A DNA stretch of 64,000 bases. Source: Candidatus Sulfotelmatobacter sp. (GTDB lineage Bacteria; Vulcanimicrobiota; Vulcanimicrobiia; Vulcanimicrobiales; Vulcanimicrobiaceae). Location: NCBI GenBank assembly GCA_035504415.1, contig DATJRY010000017.1, positions 461,263 through 525,262 of the forward strand, read 5' to 3'. This document shows positions 9,112 to 18,437 of the stretch, piece after piece. Position 1 is the first letter of the stretch. The number at the start of each line of letters is the position of its first letter. The notes under the pieces were generated by a model. The model was not told the origin of the DNA, made no database searches, and was given only the letters and a program-made list of their open reading frames with translations. The translations under genes were made by a program, and so were the position numbers.

Positions 9112-9495
9112 TTGGGCCGCGAGAAGCGCAAACCCCTGACCAAAGCCGAGCTGCGCGTGATGGAGGTCCTGTGGACCCTGCGCAGCGCCACCGTCGCCGA
9201 CGTCCAGGCGGCGATTTCCGAGCCGCTCGCCTACACGACGGTGCTCACCATGCTGCGCATCCTCGAGCAGAAGGGCTTCGTGCAGCGCCAGGCCGACGCG
9301 CGTGCCCACAGCTACTTCCCGGTCGTCGAGCGCGACGACGCCGTCGGTTCGGCGGTCGGCGATTTGGTGCAGTCGTTCTTCGCCAACAGCAAGGGCGAGC
9401 TGGCGGTGCGGCTGGTCGCGGAGTCGCGGCCTTCCGACGCCGAGCTGGCCAAGCTCAAAGAGCTGATCTCGCGCTATGAAGAGGAGAACCCATGA
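9112..9495 (+). CDS. BlaI/MecI/CopY family transcriptional repressor
   Basis: LTKAELRVMEVLW...LAYTTVLTMLRILEQKGFV. Start placed at TTG 9112 after a GAGG RBS (ORF caller gives 9100). Confidence 0.93.
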   Translation: MGREKRKPLTKAELRVMEVLWTLRSATVADVQAAISEPLAYTTVLTMLRILEQKGFVQRQADARAHSYFPVVERDDAVGSAVGDLVQSFFANSKGELAVRLVAESRPSDAELAKLKELISRYEEENP

Positions 9496-11678
9496 TCGCG
9501 CCGCTCGCGCACGTCCTCTTCGTGTACTTGCTCGACGGCGTGTGGGAAGGCGCGCTGTTCGCCTTGGCGGCCGCGCTCGTGCTGCGCTCGATGCCGCGCG
9601 GCAACGCGACGACCCGCTACGCGGTGCTGGTGCTCGCGCTGTGCGCGGTGGTCGTCGTCCCGCTCTTGACCGCGTGGCTGACGCTGCGCAGCGCGCCCGC
9701 GACCGTCGCGACGACCCCGGCGACGATCGTCTTGCGCACGAACGCCGACGATCGGTTGCGCGTGCGGGTGCTGCGCGAAGACCTGCCCGCACTGGTGACG
9801 CCGCCGAGCGAGCCGCGGCTGCCGGCGTTCCAGCGCTGGAACCTGCCGATCCCGCGTCTGCTGGCGCTCGGCGTCGTCGGCGCGTGGCTGCTGGGAATGC
9901 TCTACGTCGGCCTGCGCCTGGTCATCAGCCTCGCGCACCTCGAAGGCCTCAAGCGCAACGCGCTGCCGTTGCCGCTCGCCTATCGCGACCGCCTCGTCGC
10001 GTGGACGAACGCGGTCAAGGGATCGCGCGGCGTACGCCTCTGCCGCTCGGCCGAGGTGACGATCCCGATCGCGGTCGGCCTGTTCGACGCCATGATCCTG
10101 GTCCCCGAGGCGCTGCTCGACGCGCTTTCGAGCGAGGACATCGATCGCATCATCCTGCACGAGCTCGCGCACTTGCGCCGGAACGACGACTGGCTCAACG
10201 CGTTCGAGCGCGTGGTGAGCGCGGTGCTGTTCTTCAACCCGGCCGTGCTCTGGCTGGTCGCCCGGCTCGATCTCGAGCGCGAGGTCGCGTGCGACGATTG
10301 GGTCGTGACGCAGACCGCGCAGCCGCTGCCGTACGCGCATTGCCTGGTGCGGGTGGTCGAATCGGCCAGCTGGCCGTACCGCGCGATGGCCGCGCCCGGC
10401 GTGTTCGTCACCCGGCGCAGCATGTCGATCCGCATCGAGCGGCTGCTCTCGGCGCACCGCGACGTGCGCTCGCGGGTCGCGCTCGGACCGGCCTCGCTGG
10501 CGGTGGCGTCGATCGCGGCGCTGGGCGTCCTGGCGGCCTACGTCTCGCCGTCGATCGCCGACGAACCGCCCGCGACAGCGGCGGCGCCGCCGGCGATCGC
10601 GACGCCGCACGTCGTGCATACCCTCTCGCCGGAACAACGGCTGGTCGAGTGGGCGGTCGTCCCGGCCGCCGCCGCGCCCCACGCGAGCGCGGTGGCCCTC
10701 GCGAGCGCCGTGCCCAAGCGCGCGCCGGCCGTCGCTTCGCTCGCGCCGCTGCGGCCCGTCCCCGCAGCCGCGGTGAAAGCGCGGCCCGCGGACGGAAGGC
10801 GTACGTACGGCCCGTACGCGTACGCCTACGCCGCCCGTCCCGAGCCGGTGCCGAGCCCGGCGCCGGCGCGAATCGGTGACCCGACGCAGGTCGCGAACGA
10901 CGACTACATCAGCGAGCTCGCCGCCGCCGGCTACACGCACCTCACGCTCGATCAGCTGATTCGGATGCGTAGCGTCGGCGTCACGCCGGCGCTGATCCGG
11001 GACCTATCGGCGGCCGGCTTCACGCACCTCTCGCCCGACGAGCTGGTCCATCTGGCCGCGGTGGGAGTCGACGGTCCGTACGTGCGCAGCATGCGTTCGC
11101 TGTTCGGCAATACCCTGAGCGTCGAGGACGTCGTTCAGCTGCGCGCGGTCGGCGTGACGCCGGAGTACGTGCAGACGCTCAAAGCCGACGGCCTCGCCTC
11201 GCCGAGCGTCTCCGACGCCGTCAGCGCGCGCGCCGTCGGACTCGACGGAGACTACATCCGCACGATGCGCGCGCGCTTCGGCAACGCGAGCGTGCGCGAG
11301 CTGCGCAACGCGCAGGCGGTCGGCGTGACGCCGGAGTACGCCGACCAAATGCGCGTCGCCGGACTCGGGAACCTCGATCTGCGGCAGCTGCAGCAGGTGC
11401 GCGCGCTCGGGCTCGACGCCGACTACGTGCGCTCGATGCGAACGCGGTTCGGGAACCTGAGCGCGGGACAACTCACCAACGCGCGGGCCGTCGGGCTGAC
11501 GCCCGAGTACGCCGACCAGATGCGCGCGGCCGGTCTGCCGAACCTGAGCTTCGACGACCTGCGCCGCCTGCGCGAGTTCGGCATCGATCCCGACTTCATC
11601 AAGAGCTGCAAAGCGCACGGGTTCACGAACTTGTCGGTCGATCAGCTCGTGCGGATCCGCGCCAGCGGGTTGCTGTGA
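9492..11678 (+). CDS. M56 family (BlaR1-like) membrane metallopeptidase with C-terminal helical repeat array
   Basis: Four TM segments, ILHELAH zinc motif, EREVACD, then about 9 repeats of 28-29 aa. ATGA overlap with the BlaI-family gene. Confidence 0.92.
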   Translation: MIAPLAHVLFVYLLDGVWEGALFALAAALVLRSMPRGNATTRYAVLVLALCAVVVVPLLTAWLTLRSAPATVATTPATIVLRTNADDRLRVRVLREDLPALVTPPSEPRLPAFQRWNLPIPRLLALGVVGAWLLGMLYVGLRLVISLAHLEGLKRNALPLPLAYRDRLVAWTNAVKGSRGVRLCRSAEVTIPIAVGLFDAMILVPEALLDALSSEDIDRIILHELAHLRRNDDWLNAFERVVSAVLFFNPAVLWLVARLDLEREVACDDWVVTQTAQPLPYAHCLVRVVESASWPYRAMAAPGVFVTRRSMSIRIERLLSAHRDVRSRVALGPASLAVASIAALGVLAAYVSPSIADEPPATAAAPPAIATPHVVHTLSPEQRLVEWAVVPAAAAPHASAVALASAVPKRAPAVASLAPLRPVPAAAVKARPADGRRTYGPYAYAYAARPEPVPSPAPARIGDPTQVANDDYISELAAAGYTHLTLDQLIRMRSVGVTPALIRDLSAAGFTHLSPDELVHLAAVGVDGPYVRSMRSLFGNTLSVEDVVQLRAVGVTPEYVQTLKADGLASPSVSDAVSARAVGLDGDYIRTMRARFGNASVRELRNAQAVGVTPEYADQMRVAGLGNLDLRQLQQVRALGLDADYVRSMRTRFGNLSAGQLTNARAVGLTPEYADQMRAAGLPNLSFDDLRRLREFGIDPDFIKSCKAHGFTNLSVDQLVRIRASGLL

Positions 11679-12271
11679 GGACGTTTCGATCGCTCGCGCG
11701 GCTGGGCGCGCTCGCGCTGCTGCTGCTGGCGGCGCCGCGCCCCGTGCTCGCCGCGCAGCAGGTCAGCGGCGACTGGAGCGTTCACGAGCGGCCCGGCCCG
11801 CCGGCGCGCCTCGCGCTGCGCCTGGATACCGACGACGCCGACTTCTCGAGCGATCGCTACGCGCCGGCCGATCTGGGCCTTTCGCTGCACGAGCTCGACG
11901 CGCCGGGGCATCACGTCACCTTCACCATCAACCGCGACGCCGGACGCTTCGCCTGCGACGGCTGGGTCGGCGGGGGCTCCGGCGCCGGGACGTTCACGTT
12001 CACGCCGAACCCGGGGTACCTGGACGCGTTGCGGCAACGCGGACTCGCGCCGCCGAGCGACGAGCGGCTGTTCAGCGCGGCGAGCCTCGACCTTTCGCTC
12101 GCCTACGTCGACGCGATGCGCGCGGCGCTGCCGGCGGTCGACTTTCACGACCTGATCACGCTGCGCGCGATGCGGATCGACACCGACTACATTCGTCTCG
12201 CCGAAGCGCACGGTTTCCACAACCTGAGCGCCGCAGAGTTGATCCGGGCGCGCGCGCTGCGCATCTTCTAG
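11675..12271 (+). CDS. Secreted protein carrying about 3 copies of the same repeat as the M56 C-terminus
   Basis: Signal peptide; repeats PGYLDALRQRGL / LAYVDAMRAAL / TDYIRLAEAHGFHNLS. GTGA overlap with M56. Confidence 0.85.
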   Translation: MRTFRSLARLGALALLLLAAPRPVLAAQQVSGDWSVHERPGPPARLALRLDTDDADFSSDRYAPADLGLSLHELDAPGHHVTFTINRDAGRFACDGWVGGGSGAGTFTFTPNPGYLDALRQRGLAPPSDERLFSAASLDLSLAYVDAMRAALPAVDFHDLITLRAMRIDTDYIRLAEAHGFHNLSAAELIRARALRIF

Positions 12272-12311
12272 GACCAGGTTTCTCCGGCGCCGAGCCGGTG
12301 CACAAGGGAGC

Positions 12312-13404
12312 ATGGCCTCCCGTGCCCGGTCGGTAGCGTGGCTGCTCGCGCTGAGCCTCGCGCTCGGCGACGCCCTCCGCATCCCCGCCCGGATCGCCCT
12401 CGCCAGCCGCGTCGGTGACGCCGTCGGCGACGATCACCAAGCTCGGCTCGTATCACATCGCGCCGGGGAAGATCTTCGTGGCGGGCATCTCGTCGGGCGG
12501 GTTCTTCGCCGTGCAGATGCATTTCGCGCACGCCGGCGTGGTGCGCGGCGCGGCGATCTATGCCGGCGGCGTCGACTGGTGCGCGCAGGACAACGTCGCG
12601 CTGGCGCTGGTCGACTGCGGCGGCGAGACGGTGAACGGTCAGGCGCTCTACAGCAGTACGCTCGCGCAATCGGAGTCGTACGTCGACCAGCAGTCGGCGG
12701 CGCAGACGATCGATCCGGAAGCGGACATCGCCGGTCAGCCCGTCTACCTGTGGTCGGGGACGCAAGACCAGGTCGTCAACCCGAAAGAGATGGCCGATCT
12801 GGCCGCCGAGTACGAGCATTACGGTGCTCGCGTCACGTTCGACAACGGCTATCCGGCCAACCACGGTTGGGAGTCACCCAACGGGCAGGTCGCGTGCGGC
12901 ACGGCGGCCGAGCCGTACATGATCGCCTGCGAGGGCGCGAACGGACAGCCGTACGACTCCGAGCAGACCTGGCTGACGCTGTTCCTCGGCACGCTGCAGC
13001 CTCGTAACGACGGGACGCTGCGCGGAGCGCTGTTGCGCTTCGACCAGACCGAGTTCGGCGCGTCGGCGGCGAACTCGATGGATACCAACGGCACGGTCTT
13101 CGTTCCGCAGACGTGCGCCGCCGGCGCGAGCTGCGGCCTCGTCGTCGCGCTGCACGGATGCCTGCAAGGCCACGCGCAAATCGGCGACGACTTCGTCACC
13201 GAGGGCGGCATCGATCAGTGGGCCGACGGCAACGGCATCGTCGTCCTCTATCCGTACGCCGTCGAGTCGGCCGGCCCGCAGCCGTACAACCCGCAGGGCT
13301 GCTGGGACTGGTGGGGCTACGACGACCCGAGCTATGCCCTCAAGGCCGGCACGCAGATGCAGATCATCTACGCGATGGTCCAGCGCGTCGCCGGCACCCC
13401 GTAG
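12312..13404 (+). CDS. phaZ: Extracellular PHB depolymerase family esterase; frameshift near 12369 separates the signal peptide from the catalytic domain
   Basis: Catalytic part (12415-13404): GISSGG lipase box, VALHGC, NPQGCWDWWGY. ATG 12312 has an AAGGGAG RBS and encodes a signal peptide in a different frame. Confidence 0.8.
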
Positions 13405-13410
13405 AACGCA

Positions 13411-13617
13411 CTAGAAGTGCATCAGGCTCATGACGATTGCGGTGAGCGAAACCTCCAGACCGCTCAGTGCGAGCAGATCCTGCCGCATGCGCGCGCTACG
13501 CGGCCGTGATGTGAACCATTGCCGCCATTTGATCGCGAGAATGACGCCGAAGCAAATCGTTGGAAGAAAGTAGGCGACGCCTACCCACGCGTTCGGCACT
13601 GGAAGGATCTTGAACAT
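13411..13617 (-). CDS. Small membrane protein (68 aa, two hydrophobic segments)
   Basis: ORF in an AT-richer patch with two predicted TM stretches; no homolog recognised. Confidence 0.4.
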   Translation of the reverse strand: MFKILPVPNAWVGVAYFLPTICFGVILAIKWRQWFTSRPRSARMRQDLLALSGLEVSLTAIVMSLMHF

Positions 13618-13746
13618 GATGAATGTTGCGCGAGACGACAGTCATCCCCGTCTTCGCAATCGTTCGGTCCCACTCGGCTATGATTATACCAGTCAGTAGT
13701 GGAGCCCGCTATAGCGTACTACAGGGCATGGCTAGATTGTCAAGAC

Positions 13747-15204
13747 TCAGGCGAAGCGGAGGGTGCCGTCGTCGAGGCGGCCGGTGTGCAGGGCCAGGAA
13801 GTCGAGGATGTAGTTGTCGCCGGTGCGCCACGGGAACGGGCCGCGTTGCGGAAGCCGGCCGCGGGCGCGCTGGACGTAGCCCGAGGTGAGCGTGAGCAAC
13901 GGTTCGCGCGCGAGGTCCTCGCGCAGCGGGCGCGGCGTCGCGGTCGTGAAACGGCGGCGGCGCATGTAGCGGATCAACCGGGCGACGTAGCGCGCGTTCA
14001 AGTCGACTTTGAGCGTCCACGACGAGTGCGTGTAGCCGAACGCGAAGGCCAGGTTGGGCACGCCCTCGAGCATCGTGCCTTTGTAGACCAGGCGTTGCGA
14101 GACGTCGACCGGCTCGCCGTCGACGCGCAGCGCGACGCCGCCGAAGAACTGCATCGTCAGCCCGGTCGCGCTGACGATCACGTCGGCCGGCAGCTCGTCG
14201 CCCGACTCCAGCCGCACGCCGTGTTCGGTGAGCTCGGCGATCCGTCCGGTGACGACCGAGGCGTCGCCGCTGCGCAGCGCCTTGAAGAGATCGGCGTCCG
14301 CGGCCAGGCAAAGCCGCTGGTCCCACGGCTGATACGAGGGGTTGAAGTGCACGTCGACGTCGTGTCGTGCCGGATCGTAGGACGCGCCGAACGCGCGCAG
14401 CACGCCGCGCCGGATCAGCTGCCGGAAGCGGTCGGGCCGCTTGCGCGCCAAGCCGTAGACGAACGAGCTGTAGGCGACGTTCTTCCACCGCACGACCGCG
14501 TCGGCCAGCGGGCGCGGCAGCCAGCGGCGGATGCGGTGCGCGAGCTCGTCGCGCGAGGGGAGCGCCGCGATGTACGAGGGCGAGCGCTGCAGCATCGTGA
14601 CGTGCGCGGCGGTTCCGGCCAGCGCCGGCACCAGCGTGACCGCCGTCGCGCCGCTGCCGACGACGACGACGCGCTTGCCGCGCACGTCGAGATCGGCGGG
14701 CCAGAACTGCGGGTAGACGACCGGCCCCGCGAAGCGCGCCATGCCGGGCCACTCCGGCGCGTATCCGCCCGCGTAGTCGTAATAGCCCGCGCACGCCAAC
14801 AGAAAGCCGCAGGTCAACGTCGCGGTCGCGCCGTTCACCGAACAGGTCACGGTCCAGTGCGCTTGCGCGCTCGACCACTCGGCGGCCACGACCGTATGGC
14901 GGTAGCGAATGCGGCGATCGATCCCGTAGTGCGCGGCGGTCTCGGCGACGTAGGCGCGGATCGTCGCGCCGTCGACGATCGACTTCTCACCGCGGTACGG
15001 CCGGAACGGGAAGCCGAGCGTGACGATGTCGGAGTCCGAGCGAATGCCGGGATAGCGGAAGACGTCCCAGGTGCCGCCGAGGGCGGAGCGGCTCTCGAGG
15101 ATCGTATAGGTCAGTTCGGGGTTGCGCTCGTGGAGACGGTACGCGGCGTCGATGCCGGAGATCCCCGCTCCGACGATGACGACGTCATAGTCCACTTGTG
15201 CCAT
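13747..15204 (-). CDS. EthA-like flavin-containing (Baeyer-Villiger type) monooxygenase
   Basis: GAGISG, GGTWDVFRYPGIRSDSD, GSGATAVT and YQPWDQRLC motifs. Confidence 0.92.
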   Translation of the reverse strand: MAQVDYDVVIVGAGISGIDAAYRLHERNPELTYTILESRSALGGTWDVFRYPGIRSDSDIVTLGFPFRPYRGEKSIVDGATIRAYVAETAAHYGIDRRIRYRHTVVAAEWSSAQAHWTVTCSVNGATATLTCGFLLACAGYYDYAGGYAPEWPGMARFAGPVVYPQFWPADLDVRGKRVVVVGSGATAVTLVPALAGTAAHVTMLQRSPSYIAALPSRDELAHRIRRWLPRPLADAVVRWKNVAYSSFVYGLARKRPDRFRQLIRRGVLRAFGASYDPARHDVDVHFNPSYQPWDQRLCLAADADLFKALRSGDASVVTGRIAELTEHGVRLESGDELPADVIVSATGLTMQFFGGVALRVDGEPVDVSQRLVYKGTMLEGVPNLAFAFGYTHSSWTLKVDLNARYVARLIRYMRRRRFTTATPRPLREDLAREPLLTLTSGYVQRARGRLPQRGPFPWRTGDNYILDFLALHTGRLDDGTLRFA

Positions 15205-15316
15205 CGCAGAGGACCTCTCGTCGGCGAATCGTGCGGTCCCTGCGCACCGCCGTAGGAGCTCGCCGACGCCGCACCAAAGGGCGCCCGCGACTCCTCAGCT
15301 CCGTTCGGAGGCCGGC

Positions 15317-15952
15317 GTGCGTTTCCAATCCTTCGGTGCGGTGTTCTTCCTCGCGCTCGCCGTCGGCTGTTCCGGCGGCGGCTCGGGGACACCGGCCGCG
15401 CCGTCCGCGCCGTCGGGATCGCAGTCGGCTCCGAGCGCGACCGCGACGCCGAGCGCGACACCGTCGGCGCGACCGAGCGCGTCGCCGACGCCGACGGCAT
15501 CCCCGACGCCGACCGCCGCGCCGTCATCCACCCCCGGCTCGACGCCGTTCGCCTGCAACGACGCGCAGTTCCTGACCGATCAGAGCGAGTTCGGCGCGGG
15601 CACGCTCAGCGGCGATCAGCTGGTCGACGTGTGCGGCAACGTCACCTCCGTGCTGGCCGAGCAAGACACCAGCAGCGGTCACCACGGCTACTTCTACGTC
15701 ACGATGCCGTCGGGGTATCAGATCGAGATCGTCTCGAACCTCGATGCGATGGCCGAGGCGTCGACCGATCAGCCGCCGGCGTGGCCGTGGGTCGCGACCG
15801 GCCAGTACGTCTACGTGCAGGGCCGGTACTACTACGACAACGCGTCGAGCCAGGGGATCGACTGGACCGAAGACGACACCGGTTCGTGGCCGTACGTCGG
15901 CTGGGTCGCGGTATGCGACGCGAACGGCAACAACTGCGTGAAGTACTGGTAG
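15317..15952 (+). CDS. Lipoprotein with Ser/Pro/Thr linker and DUF3465-like domain
   Basis: Lipobox LAVGC; C-terminal 'G.V..VL....SSGHH..F...P.G..I.I..NLD...G.Y.Y....IDWT' resembles DUF3465. Confidence 0.65.
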   Translation: MRFQSFGAVFFLALAVGCSGGGSGTPAAPSAPSGSQSAPSATATPSATPSARPSASPTPTASPTPTAAPSSTPGSTPFACNDAQFLTDQSEFGAGTLSGDQLVDVCGNVTSVLAEQDTSSGHHGYFYVTMPSGYQIEIVSNLDAMAEASTDQPPAWPWVATGQYVYVQGRYYYDNASSQGIDWTEDDTGSWPYVGWVAVCDANGNNCVKYW

Positions 15953-15964
15953 CGGCGCGGAATC

Positions 15965-17020
15965 TCAGCGCAGGGCGGCCACGATCGCGTCGCCCATCGC
16001 GCTCGTCGTGGCGGTGCCGCCCAGATCCGGCGTGAGCGTCGTTCGCGCGGTCATCACCGCCTCGACCGCGTCGGCGATGCGCTGCGCGGCGTCGCTCGCC
16101 GCGGCGTCGCCGTGCTTGCGGCCCAGCCACGCCAGCAGCATTTGGCCGGAGACGATCATGGCGTAGGGGTTGGCGACGTTGCGGCCTGCGATGTCGGGCG
16201 CCGAGCCGTGCGTCGCTTGCGCCATCGCCTTGTGCGGCCCGGCCGAGAGGCCCGGCGCCAAACCCAATCCGCCGACCAGGCCGGCCGCCTCGTCGGAGAG
16301 GATGTCGCCGAACATGTTGGTGGTGACGACGACGTCGTACCGCTGCGGCGTCATCACCAGGCGCATCGCGAAGGTGTCGACGATCGCCTCGTCGAGCATG
16401 ACGTCGGGAAACTCCCGGCCGACGCGCTTGACCTCCTCGACGAACATCCCGCAGCCGAGCTTGAAGACGGTGTCCTTGTGAACGACGGTGAGGTGCTTGC
16501 CCCGCGTGCGCGCCAGCTCGAACGCCTCGCGCGCGACCTTGGCCGAGCCATTGCGGGTGATGACGCGCACCGAGATGGTGACGTCGTGCGTGGGCCGGAA
16601 CTCGCCGCTGCCGGCCACGACGTTGCGGTCGGGTTGAAAGCCTTCGTTGTTCTCGCGCACGATCACCAGGTCGACGTCCTGGTGGACGGACGGGATGCCG
16701 GGATACGACTTGACCGGCCGGATGTTGGCGAACAGGTCGAAGTGCTTGCGCAAGATCGGGTGCGGGTTGGGCGCTTCGGCGACCTTCGGATAGGCCATGT
16801 GCCCGATCGGGCCCAGCACCCAGCCGTCGAGCTGCGCGAGTCGCTCGAGCGTATCGGCCGGCATCGTCGTGCCGAGCGTCTCGTACGCCCGGCGGCCGAT
16901 CGGAACGTCTTGCCATGCGATCTGCAAGCCGCTCAGCCGCGCCGCGGCCCGCATCACCTTGACGGTCTCGGGCACGACCTCGTGTCCGATGTCGTCGCCT
17001 TCGAGGACACCGATCTTCAT
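15965..17020 (-). CDS. Isocitrate/isopropylmalate/tartrate dehydrogenase family protein
   Basis: GDDIGHEV, IVRENNEG, NMFGDILSDEAAGLVGGLG and HGSAPDIAG motifs. Confidence 0.92.
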   Translation of the reverse strand: MKIGVLEGDDIGHEVVPETVKVMRAAARLSGLQIAWQDVPIGRRAYETLGTTMPADTLERLAQLDGWVLGPIGHMAYPKVAEAPNPHPILRKHFDLFANIRPVKSYPGIPSVHQDVDLVIVRENNEGFQPDRNVVAGSGEFRPTHDVTISVRVITRNGSAKVAREAFELARTRGKHLTVVHKDTVFKLGCGMFVEEVKRVGREFPDVMLDEAIVDTFAMRLVMTPQRYDVVVTTNMFGDILSDEAAGLVGGLGLAPGLSAGPHKAMAQATHGSAPDIAGRNVANPYAMIVSGQMLLAWLGRKHGDAAASDAAQRIADAVEAVMTARTTLTPDLGGTATTSAMGDAIVAALR

Positions 17021-17045
17021 GTCGCGTTTCCCCTCCGCGGGAGGT

Positions 17046-18437
17046 TCAGGGCGAGAGCGCTTCGAGGGCGCGGCCGTTGGTGACCGGGCCGAAGACGCCG
17101 ATACCGATGATGATGGCCAGCATCGCCGCGTCGATCATGGTGAAGACGCCGACCGTGCCGTACGCGGCCAACAGATTCCCGACCCAGTAGCCGACGAAGA
17201 TCGAGCTGATCCGGCTCCACGAGAAGGTGAAGCCGATCGCGCGAGCGCGGATGCGGGTCGGGAACAGCTCGGCCGCGTAGGGGTGAAAGACGCTGATCAT
17301 CCAGTTGTTGCCGAGCGCGATCAAGCCGCCGCAGACCAGGATCAGCGGCACGTTCCGCGCCCCGGCGAAGATCGTCCCGGCGACGCCGATGAGGATCGCG
17401 GTCAGCACCAGCTGCCACTTGCGCTCGACGCGTTCGGCGAAGTAGCTGCCGACCAGCGCGCCGACCGGTGCCAGCAGCACGATGATCGCCGTGTACGTCA
17501 GCGTGTGGATGATCGGGAAGCCCTGTTTGGTCAAGAGCACCGGCACGAACGAGGTGAAGCCGAAGACCGCAATCGTCTGGCAGAACTGGAACACCGAGAT
17601 CATCAGCGTGCGCGGCAGGTAGAAGCGGCTGAACATCTCTTGCCAATGACCTTGCTGCATCCCCAGCTCCGGCGAGCTCGGATCGGGCGGCGGCAGCGAA
17701 CCGCCGCGTTCGGCGATCACGCCCTGCTCGATGCGGGTGACGACGGCGTCGGCCTCGGCGGCACGCCCATGCGCCTCGAGCCAGCGCGGCGATTCCGGCA
17801 GCCCGCGCTGGACGAAGAAGACGACGATTCCGCTGAGCGCGCCGATCAGCACCACCCAGCGCCAGCCTGAGAACCCGAGCGGGTCGTGTGGCACGAGCCA
17901 GGCGGCCAGGAACGCGGCGACCGGGATCGCCGAGAGCACGAAGACGAACGAGGTCGTCATGTACTTGCCGCGTAGGCTGCGCGGCGTCAGCTCGGCCATG
18001 TAGCTGTCGTTGTTCACCAGCTGCATGCCGACCGCGAAGCCCGCGATCAGCCGCGCGGTGTCGATGAGGAGCGGGTCGCTCAGGAACACGATCGCGAGCT
18101 GCGCGAGCGAGTAGACGACCATCGAGGAGACGAAGACGGCGCGCCGGCCGACGCGGTCGGAGACGAACCCGAATACCGCGGTGCTCAGGAACATCCCCAC
18201 GAAGAACGAGGCCAGGAAGCTGGCGAAGCTGTGGTAGTCGAACAGCCCCTTGTTCTCGATGGTGTAGATTCCCGAGCGCACGAAGCCGGGGGCGATGAAG
18301 CCCGGCATGAACAGCTCGTAGAACTCGAACCAGCCGCCGCTCGCGATGCGAGCGATGACGCCGAGCAGATAGCGCGAGGGCGGCAGCCGATCGATGCGCC
18401 CCAGCACGGAGACGCGCGGCGCGGCCGCGGCGGTCAA
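17046..18437 (-). CDS. MFS transporter (aromatic acid/sugar porter-like)
   Basis: SDRVGRR motif A, ELTPRSLRG, ELFPTRIRARA, about 12 TM. Start inferred at TTG 18437 overlapping the PrpD-family stop. Confidence 0.9.
   Translation of the reverse strand: MTAAAAPRVSVLGRIDRLPPSRYLLGVIARIASGGWFEFYELFMPGFIAPGFVRSGIYTIENKGLFDYHSFASFLASFFVGMFLSTAVFGFVSDRVGRRAVFVSSMVVYSLAQLAIVFLSDPLLIDTARLIAGFAVGMQLVNNDSYMAELTPRSLRGKYMTTSFVFVLSAIPVAAFLAAWLVPHDPLGFSGWRWVVLIGALSGIVVFFVQRGLPESPRWLEAHGRAAEADAVVTRIEQGVIAERGGSLPPPDPSSPELGMQQGHWQEMFSRFYLPRTLMISVFQFCQTIAVFGFTSFVPVLLTKQGFPIIHTLTYTAIIVLLAPVGALVGSYFAERVERKWQLVLTAILIGVAGTIFAGARNVPLILVCGGLIALGNNWMISVFHPYAAELFPTRIRARAIGFTFSWSRISSIFVGYWVGNLLAAYGTVGVFTMIDAAMLAIIIGIGVFGPVTNGRALEALSP

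Noticed and set aside
12352-12354. TGA readthrough or selenocysteine in the depolymerase frame
   Set aside because: There is no start upstream in that frame; the signal peptide is in another frame, so a frameshift explains it better.
15240-15300. Second fluoride riboswitch (GAGCTCCTAC on minus, upstream of the monooxygenase)
   Set aside because: No GGCGAUGGNGUUCGCC-type P1 and no AAUGA element; only a short chance match.
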